Origin: Setoptus koraiensis
Taxonomy: Eukaryota; Animalia; Arthropoda
DNA length: 64,000 bases
Direction of reading: 5' to 3'
Assembly: GCA_048013815.1 (NCBI GenBank)
Contig: CM106586.1
Location: 18,848,001 to 18,912,000 of the forward strand
Below are positions 1-13,596 of the stretch, one piece after another. The notes beneath the pieces are model-generated. The model saw only the letters and a list, made by a program, of their open reading frames with translations, searched no databases and was not told the DNA's origin. The translations under genes were made by a program, and so were the position numbers. How positions within the stretch are numbered: position 1 is the stretch's first letter; each line of letters begins with the position of its first letter.

Positions 1-53
1 TGCGAGCATGCATCTGCTTGCACATATCTGCGGGCATATATCTGCGAGGCGCC

Positions 54-121
54 CGAGAATATATATATGGCGAGAATATATATATCGCGAGAATATATAT
101 ATGGCGAGAATATATATATGG
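54..121. repeat. Minisatellite 4 x 17 bp (CGAGAATATATATATGG)
   Basis: Direct inspection. Confidence 0.95.
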
Positions 122-1053
122 CGAGGATAGTTGTATCACGGCCGGTATGTATGCATTATATGCCATATAGGAATGAGCGCATATGGCCCCAGTTGAGTTA
201 CGTCATATAGGAGCGGGGGCAATATTCACAAACAAGTGTGTTATGTCATAGATGTGATAGTGATAGCGAAAGCAAAAGTTGCCGCCAGAGCATGTGTGAC
301 AACAACATCAAAAGTAAATTAAATGAATTCACTATCGGACACCTTTCATCTAACTGCTGGCGCTGCCACCGACCGACCAGCGCGCACACACACTGTCAAT
401 ATGGGGCCCCGCAGCCGGCAGCCGGCAGCCAACAGCCAGCCAGGGGCCCCAAATCGGATGTGTGTTTGTGTCCAGTGCCCCGGGCGATATCTGGCCAAAT
501 TGAGTCTTATCTTTGCTGGTCACTCTTACTCATGTACATATGTAGACTAACACCACATCGCTGGCTGGCTGGCTGGCTGGCTGGCACCACCATGGCACCA
601 TATCTGGCACCATCGTCATCGTAACTAGTCATGTAATGCGCGCCTAAACAGCGCCTAAACAGGGCCCAAATCACACCGACCAAGAGCGCACAATTGATCA
701 TGAACTCAAAAACTAGCCCAATCTGGCAGCTCACAGCTACAGCCACCAATATACACTCAATCTGCACCCGGAAATGGGTATTTTCAGGCGCAGGCGCCAT
801 CTGGCGACCAGGTCCACGAAGCACCGTTTGTTAGGTATAAATATGTATAAATATAGGACTGCTCAACTATGTTGCACTGCGCTGGCCGGCCACCCGAACC
901 GGCCAATGCCACTGCGTCTGGCCAGCAATATCACTGACCGCCTCATAATCTAAATACATAATAATAATAATTTATTGTATTATTGCAATGTCGTCTTTTG
1001 TTGTTCGTTTGTTCCACTTTTTCGCTTCCTTCTCGCCCATAGATTAAACACTT

Positions 1054-1100
<47 letters not shown>

Positions 1101-1101
1101 G
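1054..1101. repeat. (TTG)16 microsatellite
   Basis: Direct inspection. Confidence 0.95.
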
Positions 1102-1669
1102 CTGCTGCCGCTGGGCCAGAATACGTGAGTGAGGCCGCGGCGAGCGGATAATTCCTCGGAATAAGGCAGCTAGAAAAAGTGGCATCGATCGTGGTAATAT
1201 GATATGAGCGCAATGATAAATAATATTCCCCCATCATCTTAATATTAATAATGTAATATCACTATTATCACGGGTGGCTGGCGTATTGTATACATTATTA
1301 TATTCACATCATGTCGTGCCTTGTCTCGCCCATCTCCATCTCAAACGGGCCCCACCGACGAAGCCAAGCGAAATGCTTTCACCTGTCCTTTCGATCATGT
1401 CACGCGGTGCGCGTGCCGGCCTCCGTCTGGCTGCCGTCTCGTGTGGGTATTTGTGTCTGTTGTTGTTATTTGCAGTTGCTGTTGTTGTTGTTGTCGCTGC
1501 TGTCGGTGTAGCAACAACACCACCTACGCCGTGCGGGCTACGCGTACCGCGCGAGAGTAAACGTATAAACAAGCGCGACTCTGGCCGGAATAAATAAATC
1601 TGATCCCTCTTAGGCCACTCCAATATTTAATTCATTCAGGTAGCGCTGGAATGTGGGCGCAATTTGTTG

Positions 1670-1805
1670 TTGCCGTTGTTGCTGCTGTCGCTGTTGTTGC
1701 TGTTGTCGCTGTTGTTGCTGTTGCTGTTGTTGCTGCTGTCGCTGTTGTCGCTGTTGTCGCTGTTGTCGCTGTTGTTGCTGTTGTTGCTGTTGTTGGTGGT
1801 GGTGG
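1670..1805. repeat. Mixed TTG/CTG/TCG triplet tract (opa-like, non-coding)
   Basis: Generates spurious poly-Q/L/C ORFs. Similar tracts at ~2700-2845, 17690-17765, 19700-19865, 29950-30005, 40840-40965. Confidence 0.85.
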
Positions 1806-4800
1806 CGGCGCATAATGATCCGGGGACGACGACGATGAATAGTCAAAGACAAATTCGGCCGGCGCTAACTGGAGTCGCCACCATTAGCATTGAGTTGTCT
1901 GTTCCCAGAATTGGTCGGCCATTAATCATTACCGGCGGGGCCAAGCTGCTCAGGTGAAGCTGCCAGTGGTGCCAGTGGTGCCCGTGGTGCCCGTGGTGGC
2001 CAAGTAGACGCCGAGATCATCAACACATTGTGAATATCATTAAGCATGCCCGCGCAGCGGTGGCGCCATCTCGCGAGGGGACCCTTCTGGTTAGTTGTGG
2101 TGGTAATTTTGTGTGTGTCACTGTGTTGTATTGGTTAGTATTACAATGTTGTCGCTGGTATGCCGTGCATATTAACTACAACAACAACGACAACAACAAC
2201 AACCAAAACGTAATATCGGCGACAACTGGCGCCAGTAGCAGCAGCAGCAGCAAAAATACTACTATTGATCTTATTTTGTCAATAATTACCATTATTCAGG
2301 CGAGCCCTTATCTAGTTACACAATCATCATTATGTTGAACACGCCGGTCTATCTGTCTATGAGAGAGTAATTGTGTGTTTGTCGTGGTGGTGCCCATCAT
2401 CTGATCGTTGTGTGCGCGTGTGTTGTTTGTTTGCACGTGCTAGTGCCACTGTCAGCGGCCCAACAGTTAATGATTATGCAATCATTAGCGAGCTAGCTGC
2501 TGTTTGTGCGGCGGGCACGTCCGCCGTCGCTGGCCAGTGTGTGTGTGTGTCCACTAACTGCAGTGCACTTATTGCGGACTATCGCTGGTCAGTTTGACCA
2601 GTGGTCAGTTTGAGCTGGCACATGAATAAGACTATAGGCACACTGTGCCACATCTGCTTCTGATTATGTCATCAGGCATTCGGCGACGACGTCGGTCGTC
2701 GGAGCGGCAACAGCATCGGCAACAACCACAACAACATCGACAGCAGCCACGCCAGCGACAGCAGCAACAACAACAACAGCAACAACAACAACAGCAACAA
2801 CAACCACAGCGACAGCAACAACAGCGCCGACAGCAACAGCGACAGTGCCGCCGAAACGGGGTCAGCGGCGACAATTTTTTGGGGCGCGTGTGTGTTGCAT
2901 AACACACATTGATTTAAATCTTAGATGGCGAGGGCGTCTTCATCATGACACAGGGGGCGCCATGATAGATGTAAATCGCTGTCGCGGGCGCACAATGAAC
3001 GCCACCAAATCAGTTCAAATGAAAATCGCCACCGACCGGCCAGTGGCCGGAATAAACGCGTGTGGCCCGCGGACAAAGTCGATAACAAATGGTGTGTCAA
3101 CAACAACAACATTTTAGATGATATCATCGCATCATTATTCATCTCTCATGTGCATACGTGCCACTGACCATCATTATTGTCGCCAAGTCGCGCCGCTTTC
3201 GCCACTGGCCGCCAGGTTGTCGTTGGTGTCGCAGGAACATGGGTCATGTCTTATTTAAATGATGACACTGGCCTAGATTGCCGGCAACGATAACTGTTGG
3301 CAGTTTGTCGGCCGGCCAGCCGGCACAGTTTGCACGTTGCACCACGTGCAAACAAGGGCGCCGCGCAGTCGATCAATGTACCGTCGGCGGCGGCGATGAC
3401 ACTTGGAAATTAGGGCACCGCTGTCAATGTAACTGACGCCCACGCATTCGGGCTGGCGCCAGCAACAACTTTGTCGTCTCATACAGACGCAATAAACGTT
3501 TTGCTCGTTGTGGCACAAAGTCAGCGCACACGACACAACGCAACACGCCGACATAAAATGACTTGTGTGTGTCGATAACATTCATTATCCAAATGTCCAC
3601 TTCCGGTCAGCTGAGGGCACGCACGAGAGGGCGCCCCAGTGGCAGTTGGCTGCAACACTATGCACTGCTCATTGTTGGAGCAAGTGAGCATTTGAGCGCA
3701 GTAACTCGTCGTGACTTGGCCCACTTTCACACCAACAAGGCACGGTCTAATTGTTGATTGTGGGCAACGCCAACAGCGAGATATTTGCTGAAAAAAAAAA
3801 ACAAATATGCTCAGGTGTGTCAGGCTCAGAGTCAAATGAAGTGCCCGCTGACAGGTCGCCCCCGCCACTGGCCATCGTCGGCCCATTTCGCCCATTCGGG
3901 CCCCTGGAGGAAGCTTCGCAAAGCATTTTTGTGAGCTCTATAATGCAGCAGGCATATATAAAAGCTATATAAGCATGACTAATGCCACACATTAGCTTGG
4001 GCAGGCAGTTGCGCAATAATAGTAATAATAATAATAATAATCTAGCCGCTTTATGGGCCATTTGTGGCGCCATCTGGCCAATAGAGCGACAATTGTTTGT
4101 TGCATAATGATGGGCGACAATAATAGTGACAATAGTTTAGTGACAATATAATAGTTTGTAAAAATCTCAAGACACTTGGGGCCCAGTGTGTGTATGTTTG
4201 CTGGCGGCAAACAAGCCGGTGGGTCCGACTTACATATACCGAGTGTGTGTGTGTTGGTCGGGCAGTGACACTTTTAGAGAGGGCGACTTTACTTTCATAG
4301 GGAGAGAAATACTTTAAATCGATGGGGCTATCGATCGATCGATCTCCATTTGATCGCATCACACTTACTGTTACGTAACGGTGGCCTTGCTCCAGCGTAG
4401 GCGACCAATGGTCAATATTAGCGTGGCATTATAGTTTGTCTTGCGATTTACAGTTATATCGTGCGCTATCCTATTATTGAACTATATACTCATATCACTA
4501 TAGAGAATTTCGCTCGTTCTCTATAGTTGATATGAGAGAATAGAGACAGAGAGCCAGAAAGAGAGAAGAAAAGAAAAAGAAGAATTTAAATTGGAAATGG
4601 AAACGCTTTTAGCTCTAGTGATAATAATAGCGGCCCATTATTACGTAATGTCTGGCGCCGTTATTGGTCACAAGTGGTCAGTGTTAGTGTTGCCTGGTGG
4701 TATGGCCGCAGCAATACAGCAGCGCCATTCTAATAGAGCATTGTAATAATGAGGGGTTATGTTTGTCTGTCCACTGATTATAGGGGGCCCAGAATAAAAC

Positions 4801-6233
4801 AAAATGGCCTTATTTTGGGCTGGGGCCCCTGTTTTGCTGCACAGTGTCGCACTGCAGTCGCACTGCAGTCGCGCACAACGTGCTTATGCCGCCGTCTAAC
4901 ATGAAGTTGGCAGCGGCATAAGAAATTGGCAAATTCTTTTCTTTTTCAGTGCAACTTGAAGTGGAAAAACATTATTATTCCTGGTGCCTTTACAATACTT
5001 TACAATGCCAGCCAGCTTTACAATTGCTCGTAATGGGGCTCCGCAACGCTTTGCAATGGCCAGCGCACAAGCGAGCCAGTATCTAGATCATAATGATGAT
5101 CTAGATACATAGATTCGATGAAGCGAGCGAGAGCTTATAGGTTGCGTTTGGCGCATTTAAAGGGGGCCCGCTGTAGAATTTTAGAGTAAGCGAGCTCAGA
5201 GTTGCTTGTTAGAGGGGTCCCACTCTTCTATCGCGAGCAGTGTGTGTGTGTGTTGTTGTTGTTGTTGTTGCTGGCCAAAAACAAACAGCGCTATCGAAAA
5301 TAAATTGGATAAATTTGCTTGCTCTATTGGTCCATGTTAGCGGCAGTGTGATGAGCAGGCGCAATTGCAATGAATTGGGGCCCCGGCCCATTGATCCAAG
5401 CAACCCGATACCGTCGCCATAGATACTTGTGCCCATACTGGCGCAAGATACAATTTTGCGAAACTGGCCAATGCCAAGATTGTTTGCGGGTTTGCGCGGT
5501 AATTCCATTGGCTGTTGCATTGTGTTGCCCGTGCACTTATTATTATATTTTATTTTATTTTATTTTATTTTTCAGTTTTTATTTTTATTCTTTTCCTATG
5601 ATATATATATACGAGTGTACAAGACAGCGAGGCCATCATGATTCAAGTATGATGATCATCATTAGATTGCATCATAAACCGAATAAAATAAAACATGTTT
5701 GTGTCTGGGTTGCGTTTGGGGCCCTGAGCAAACGTTGAAATTAGCGTGTGTCCACATTGGCCTCGAGTCCCGCGACTTGAGACTGGCGACTCGCGACTCG
5801 CGACTCGAGATAAAGCCGAGTCGCTAGATGAAACGCGGCCCACTCGAGCAAAACGTCTCTGTCTCGCTCTCTGGCCGGACGCCGGCCGAATAGAGCCATG
5901 GGGGGCTCTTCTTTTCGCTTCATTACAATCATTGAAAATTAAGATGCCCGGATCCGCTGTCTGCAGGCTGGCTCCATTTTCCAGTTTTCAGTTTCCAGTT
6001 TCGCTTCGCTTGCAGTGGCGCCTTAGAGCGAGTTGAAATAAAAAGAAATAAAATAAAGAAGAAAAATCTAAAATATTGGCCAGCACGCGCTGCCGCGCGT
6101 TACGTAATTCGCTGGCTATCTCGTGGCAGCTGGTTGCAAGTTGAACTATTTGAATTTGCACTTGACTGATTTTGTGCTCTCTCTCGCTAATACTCGCCAT
6201 TGTCTACTGTGCACTCTCTGCTGGGCTCTCTGG

Positions 6234-6312
6234 GGCTCTCTGAGACTGTGAGGCTCTCTGAGACTGTGAGGCTCTCTGAGACTGTGAGGCTCTCTGAGAC
6301 TGTGAGGCTCTC
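6234..6312. repeat. Minisatellite 4.4 x 18 bp (GGCTCTCTGAGACTGTGA)
   Basis: Perfect tandem units. Confidence 0.95.
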
Positions 6313-7899
6313 GGCCAGTCGGCCGCCAGCGGGCCAGTGACAAGTGAGCGGCCGGCCAGTTAGCCAGCGGCCAGTCGACTAATGGCATCTATATTGGGGC
6401 TCCATTCATATGAAAATGAAGGATGATGATGGTGCGAACTGATGACGATGATTTAAAATTTAAAATCCTACACTCGCTCGCCAGTAACGTTATTTATTCC
6501 AACATTGGCCACACTGGATACTGTTATAAGACTGGATTGTTATAAGACTGGATTGTTATAGGACTGGGGCCCACTTGAGGCCCATTGAGGGGCAATCTAA
6601 GTGGCGCTAGTGGGGCCAGTGAGAACGGGGGCCAGCGAGGAGAAGAAAAGAATTAGCCGTCGAGATAGTCAAACAAGTCACACAACGACCAAACAACGAC
6701 ACGCCAGCGAGCTTGCCAAGCAAGCGAGCCAAAGTATAGGCCAAATAGACATAAATAGAGACAAACAAATGAGATTGCAATCTCACTCGCTCTCTCTCTC
6801 TTCCACTCTGAGAGATCGATGGAGACTTAATGCTGGCACGTGCCCGGCATGCTGTTACGTGCCTGGCCAGGCAACTCTCTGGCACTGCGCTCATCTCGGC
6901 CACTCCAAACAGAACCAAATTTGGCCAAATTTTCTCTAAACTCTCTCGCTAGATTGTACACAGTCTGCACTGGCGACTTCTCTCGACTGGAAACGCGCCA
7001 GACAAACAACAAAATTGCCGGCCAGCCTGGATAAGAAGCGATAAGTTAAAAATTTGAAATTTAAAGTTGATTGCCAACGCCAAGGCCGACGCAGCCGCTG
7101 CCTAGACCTGTCTAGACTGTGTCAGTTTGTTGTAGCTTGTGGCATCGGTCAGCTAACGATTGTCTGAGCCGGCTCAATGAATGACTGCATCTGACACAAA
7201 CACAATTTTAACTTTAACTTTAAGTGGTTCGCATGAATTTGCAGGTACTCGGCCCACTAATAGAGACACACATTAGTCTCTCGTCTTGCGCACTATTCCG
7301 CCTGTCTGGCACAATTTCCCGCCCCGCGATCAGCGCCTCATTGGGGCCTCGCCAGTGCATCGTTGGGGCCCCGCTGGTGCATCGTTGGTGCCTCATTGGT
7401 GCATCGTTGGCGCCTTATGCCAGCACAACTACTCTGGCGGACTGGCCCACTTGTCGGGTGCTCCAGCACCCTCGTATCGAGTGCTTGCGTACGCTCGCGA
7501 CCACCATAGAGCACTAAACCTGGCCTACGCCTTTGGCTCATCAGTCTTCGTGAGGCATGCCAAACAATTGAGTGGCCCCAACCTGGCCCCAAACGAATTC
7601 CCGTGAAACCGATCCGCTCATCGTGAAATCACCGATACTGTTTGCACACAAATTACATTACATCACACAGGTATTTCAGGTTTATTTTGTATTTGCATAG
7701 CCGTTGACGAGCGTCAACGCTTAGTTTCAATCCATTTACCTGTGTGTAATATTCACATCTACATTAATATTTCTTTGCATACAACTTGTATGCAGAGAAG
7801 TAAGTATTGTGCAATTATTGCATAAGTATTGCACAAGTATTGTGGTCATTTGTGCAGGCGTCAATTATTGCGTCAGGCAGTAATTGACCGGAAACTCAC

Positions 7900-7976
7900 T
7901 CTGGCCGTTAGTCTGGCCGTTAGTCTGGCCGTTAGTCTGGCCGCTAGTCTGGCCGCTAGTCTGGCCGCTAGTCTGG
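7900..7976. repeat. Minisatellite 6.4 x 12 bp (TCTGGCCGYTAG)
   Basis: First three units carry T, last three carry C. Confidence 0.95.
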
Positions 7977-8672
7977 TTGCGCCCTCTCTGGCCAGTGAGT
8001 GCAGTTAAACCTTGAATCGGTACTTGTCGATCATACAACGAGATGGCGCCACCCGGCTGTCAAGCAAACACAAACGCATCGGGTTCATTGATGAATTCAC
8101 ATTATGTAATAAGACAAAAACAGAATATAGTACAGGTTGTTAGGCACCTATTGTTTGGTGTTTATATATGCATCATGCTTGTATCATAGTCACATGCACA
8201 ACCTGTTGTGGTGCATTGTATTATACTGGCACTAGGGGTACTAACAACTTGTCAGTAACAAGATGAGGCTCGTTTGTCCGACAAACTTTGTCGAGTTTGA
8301 TTGACAACGGTGCCAGTAGGTGCCAGTAGTGCAGCGGCGACTCAATTAATGAGTTTGGCATCGCTGCTCATTTTTCATCTTTAATTAAGTCGGCGCTGAT
8401 TTTGAGCGGCCACAATTGTCAGCCGATTGAATAGTTGCGAGTGATTGCGAGCGAAAATTGATTGGTCGCCGCGACTCATTAAATTTTATCTGTGTGTATT
8501 ATTGGTGTCTCGTGTGCGAGACGAGAGAGCGATTTTTTGTTGCGAAAACCATCGGAGTTTATTATTCTGAATTATTAAATTAAATTGAATTTGAGTTGGC
8601 GAAAGTGCGCTCACAGAAATGCTAATTTTACGACGCCAACCACTGTCAATCTCATCTGCGTCAATCTGCGTC

Positions 8673-8781
8673 GGCCAGCCGACTGGACGGATAAGCGACG
8701 AGGGCCGGTCAGCCAAGTGGACGGATAAGCGACCAGGGCCGGCCAGCCAAGTGGACGGATAAGCGACCAGGGCCGGCCAGC
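8673..8781. repeat. Minisatellite 3.2 x 34 bp (GGCCAGCCAAGTGGACGGATAAGCGACCAGGGCC)
   Basis: Contiguous units without spacers. Confidence 0.95.
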
Positions 8782-10978
8782 GCCAATTAGCATAAATCAC
8801 ACGAGCTGCATCGGGCGGCCAGCATAATTGGCAAGTGTTTGGTTTGTCGTGCGCACTTTTAAAATATTTTCAGCGGTTTTGCGGTGGCACCGTGCAAACC
8901 GTTTTAACGACCACTCATCATCAGTGGGTCGCCCGTGCACTTAGCCGGCGCTCGCACCGGTGCTCACCTGAGTGCTCTTTGCGCCGTTCACCTGTCGTCC
9001 CGTTCACCTGTGCGCCGGCCCGACGCGACGCCGCTGGACAAACAAAAACAGAACAGCGAAACAGCGGCCCGCTCGAACCGCTCGGGTGCGTTGTGTGCCG
9101 GGCACAGTGCGCCGGCCTGACAACGCAAGCCGGGTCCGCAACAACAGGCCCGCTTGCCCGGCGGCCAGTTGTTGCGGACCCGGCTGTGGCCACAAATGGT
9201 TGGTCGGGTGGCGCGACGAGCAACAAATGTGCGAGATATGCATCTAATTTGTTGCTTGAATAGATGTTAATCTTGGTGATGAGTTTGCCAGCTATTGCTC
9301 ACACCGGTCAGCGCCGGTCAGTTATTCAGTCTGAGTTAGTTATGAGTGGCCACGAAGAGCCCATTTGCTGATTTGCTGCTATCTGCTATCGTTTATCCTA
9401 TCAAAAGTGGCGCTCGTTTAGCGGTGGCGAGATGAGTGCGTTTGCTCATTAGGCCAGAGGTGCAATTAATCAAGTATTGGCTCGCCTGGCACGGCTGATA
9501 ATATGCTGATAATGGTAATGATGCTTTGATTTAAGTGTGTTGCTGCTGGCGCGTCTATAAGCCGCTCGGTGCGGCGTGTTGCTCGGACTCTGGTCACTAG
9601 ACTGTCCAGTGACTGACCACTAGAGACACTCTGCGGCCGCTAATTGTGCGTCGTTTGCATGCGACGAGCGGCCAATAATAAAATCATCCAAATCCAACCA
9701 ACACAACGAAGCCAACACAACGAAGCCAACACAACAAATCTCGACACAAGCGATCTCGGCAACGAATCAGATCACATGATACTGGCGCACTCATGAGCGG
9801 GCATCATCGCCGGCAGAATCGCGCAGAGAATCGCGCCGAACACCGCAGCGGATGATAAAATCAATAAGCAGCGCCGGTGAGAGAACAGGTGAGCATGATT
9901 GAAGCGGACGGGCAGAACTTTACTTTTTACCACCAACTAGCGCCTTTGTGCCAGACCGAGCTTGCGCGCTCTCGTTGCGTGCCGTCCATCGGCAACCATA
10001 AACTGACCACAGCGTCCATTAATGGAGCGCCGAGTCTGGCCAATTTGACCAATTGCGATGGCGAGAGATATAAATTCAAATTTAATCAAATTTCGCTTCT
10101 CTCGCTCATTCGCTCGTTGATAGTTGATAGTTGGCCTCGCTGATGGTTGGCGTGGTTGATAGTTGGCTTCGCGGCGCGGTTCATCGTCGGCGTTGTTGTT
10201 GTTGCTGTTGTTGCTGTTGCGCCGTCTGCTGGCCGCAATCACGTCTGCCGCAACATGGCATGTAACAGACGGGCCAGTTATGCAATATGCATGCGACTTG
10301 TTAAAAATTTGATTAGGATTAGGCTCGTTACCCGGCCAGTGGCACTGGCCGGCCAACAGCAACGAGCACCGACCGACGGCAACAGCAACAAGTGTCGGCC
10401 GTAGAGGCATGATGCCGCAAACGAGCATCACCTCGGCACCGGCAGCGGCAGCAGCATCTTTAATTCATCATAATCAATTGATGATGTAACAACACACACA
10501 CACACACACACACATCTCATCGTTAATCATCTTCATGCAACAACAACTGCGACTGATGCAATCAACGCCGACCGACGGTGCAACTGGCCGGCGCGACTGG
10601 CAAACAGCAAAGTTGATTAAATTCCGAGCCCAGCTAATGATGCAAACAACGGATGGCCCAACACTCGCACACACAACAACAACAACTCATACAAAATATT
10701 GTGTCTCAAATTATTATTATTATTATTGTGTAACCGTGCACCTTGCATCTCGCAATTTTGAGCCGCAACTTTGCATAGGCAAATTAGCTTGCCAGCTCAC
10801 CTGGCGAGCTTGTGCACCATGGTTGCCGTGCGCACCATGCAGACTGTGTATTGCAGAGTGTGTACTGCAGAGGCATGCATATATATGCAAGTATATAGTA
10901 TAGTACCGTGTGGTGCATGCACCGGCCCGCACCATCGCAACAGAGCCCCTCGATGGCGATGCAGCCTGTACCGGCCGC

Positions 10979-11033
10979 AAATGCAGCAAAATGCGGCGAA
11001 ATGCGGCGAAATGCGGCGAAATGCGGCAAAATG
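10979..11033. repeat. Minisatellite ~5.5 x 10 bp (AAATGCGGCG)
   Basis: Direct inspection. Confidence 0.9.
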
Positions 11034-12766
11034 GCCCGATCGGGAGAGTCGGGTTTCCCATCAATTACAACACACAAAGGTACCGTCGGCGTGCAAACGG
11101 GCCGGCTCTCCGCGGCCAACGCTGAATGAATTGGCGCCTTTGTTCGCGACGCAATCGGCGCCCATTGTTGTCCATTGTCGACAGCTGCTCCCATTCATGG
11201 GACACACCGAGCTGCCGTGTATAATGTGCACAAATATTATGTAACATGTGCGAATAGCATGTTGTTATTACACATATTATGCAATTCGATTATTTGCAAT
11301 TACGGCGCCTATTTCAGCGGATATTTCAGCAGCCATTTTAGCGGCTGTTTTACATTTTGCATTGTGCAATTTACATTGTACAGTTGCGATTGAGTTGCGC
11401 CTAGTGGCCGTTTCGTCGCCTATTGCCGCTGCGGTGTCTCGGCGCATCGATTCAAATATTTAAATATTGAGATGTGCCGGTGGCTCATCTTGTTGTCGGT
11501 GGTGTCAGCTGACCGGCGGCTGGCATGTCGACAGCTCGACAGCTCGATGGAGTTGCAACCGGCAAACCGGCCAACCGGCCAACCGGCCAACCGGCCAACG
11601 AGCATTAATTGGCCAAGCGGCACTTGTTGAATCAGTTTCAGTGCGCCCACTTAGTGCGTTATTGTTGTCATTATTATGGCATCATTGGCCGGCCAGAAAC
11701 ATGAGAAATGTGCCAGTTGATTCGGGCACAAATCGCACATTTGATACGGCCACCGATACGGCGACGGCCAAACCGACTGGCCCGAATTGAGAGCATTCGA
11801 GAGCCACAGAAGCGAGCGCACGTTCACCTGGCCAGCGACATAGACGACACACAAGCAAATGCAATACTTGCGAGCGTTCATTTGTGCACTTGCCGGCCAC
11901 ACAATGTTGCTACATTTGTATGCATGCATCACCTGGCGAGAAGGAGCGTCTTTGTGTGGTTTGCGTCGCTGTTGCGTCGCTGTCGTGTCGCTGTTGTGTC
12001 GCTGTTGCGCCGCTGTTGTGTCGCTGTTGCGCCGCTGTTGTGTGTCCAACAGCGACACCGACGGCAACAACGACAACGACAACAACGACAGCAGCAGCAA
12101 CAACGACAGCAGCAACAGGTCAGTCCAGCAGGCCCACCACTGGACAAGCGTGCCCCGCATTGCTGATTAATGCTAATGAGACGCCCAACTAATGCCATAC
12201 GCAACATTAGCCATGCACACATATGCACAGTGTGTTATTATACTAATAGTAATGTAATCAGTTGGCACTAATGCAATAATAAACAGCAAATGTCACCTCT
12301 CATTAGCATATTCGAGCACATCGCTGTGCCTCTGACAGCGCACACGCAACATACAGTGTGTATCAATGAATGATTAAACGGCCGGCCAAACTGGATTCCA
12401 ATTAAGCATGCCATACATTACCTATTACTATTATTATTATTATTATTATTATGTAATAATTAATGACAATTATGCAACGCCAATTCATTTATTCGCCCAT
12501 ATCGAGCGAGTTTGTCTGTCTGTCTGACTTTTGACTTTCCACTATTTTTCGCCATTTTTCACTATTTGCACTCTTTTGGGCACAACCGGCCCATTGGAAG
12601 ATGCGAAAATGTCAACATGTCAGGCCGACCGCGTTGTACGACATGATTAATGGGCTCGCATTTATCATCATGCATCATGTCGCTGGTTGCTTGTTGCTTT
12701 TTGCGACAGCTGGACAGGTGAACAGACAGGCGCACCTGTCGCGACAACACACCGTTCACTGTGCCT

Positions 12767-12844
12767 GCCGAGATTGTGTGCCGAGATTGTGTGCCGAGAT
12801 TGTGTGCCAATATTGTGTGCCGAGATTGTGTGCCGAGACTGTGT
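12767..12844. repeat. Minisatellite 6 x 13 bp (GCCGAGATTGTGT)
   Basis: Direct inspection. Confidence 0.95.
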
Positions 12845-12900
12845 GCGTGTGTGTCGTATTCCAATGGCCACTGTTGAATAATATTCATTGGATAGTGTGC

Positions 12901-12980
12901 GTGTGCGTCGTATTCCAATAGTGTGCGTCGTATTCCAATAGTGTGCGTCGTATTCCAATAGTGTGCGTCGTATTCCAATA
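12901..12980. repeat. Minisatellite 4 x 20 bp (GTGTGCGTCGTATTCCAATA), perfect
   Basis: Direct inspection; partial extra unit near 12850. Confidence 0.95.
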
Positions 12981-13540
12981 GTGAGCGTGCGCGAGTGGCA
13001 CAATAAACTCCAATGAACTGTCGCTCGCTAACAAGCGTCGGGCCGGGTGGCCGGCTCACGGCGAGGGCTCGACAACGACAACGAGAGAGTGACATTTCAT
13101 TTACGCAGCCGACGTTTATGTGCGCTGCGTACGCTGTTACATTGGTCAGTGTCGGCGTCAATTAATTCAGTCCAGATTAAATTAGCCAATTTGCATATCA
13201 TTTTATTATGCCCGATTGCGGCGCTCGCCAAGGCCCGCGTGTCCGCCTACAACAGGTGACACTTGTTGTTTGCTTGTTGTGTGTGGCCCAACAACTACAA
13301 CTACAACCACTCATTTGCATGCCGCCACAAGGATCTCGCTCGCATAAGGATCTGGCTGGTGGCAGCGACATGGACAAAATGGCCACTCACCTGTCGAGCC
13401 GGCTCACAGCCAGTGGCGACAACAGCAACTGCGCCAATACTGCACAGTTGACTGCAATTGATGCAAACCGATTCACTGTGCCCAGTTGATCGTTTGCTGG
13501 CCTCACGCACGTTCAAATTGCACGCAAAACCGGAGACTGC

Positions 13541-13596
13541 GGCTCACAGTCTGCGGCTCACAGTCCGAGGCTCACAGTCCGAGGCTCACAGTGCGA
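13541..13596. repeat. Minisatellite 4 x 14 bp (GGCTCACAGTCCGA-like)
   Basis: Direct inspection. Confidence 0.9.

Noticed and set aside
1610-2907. Poly-Q, poly-L, poly-C and poly-T ORFs here and throughout the window
   Set aside because: Triplet microsatellites are open in several frames; no domains or convincing splice context.
8673-8781. 34-bp repeats (and 22-bp repeats at 35324-35423) as CRISPR arrays
   Set aside because: Units are contiguous with no unique spacers, there are no cas genes, and the context is an intron-containing eukaryotic locus.
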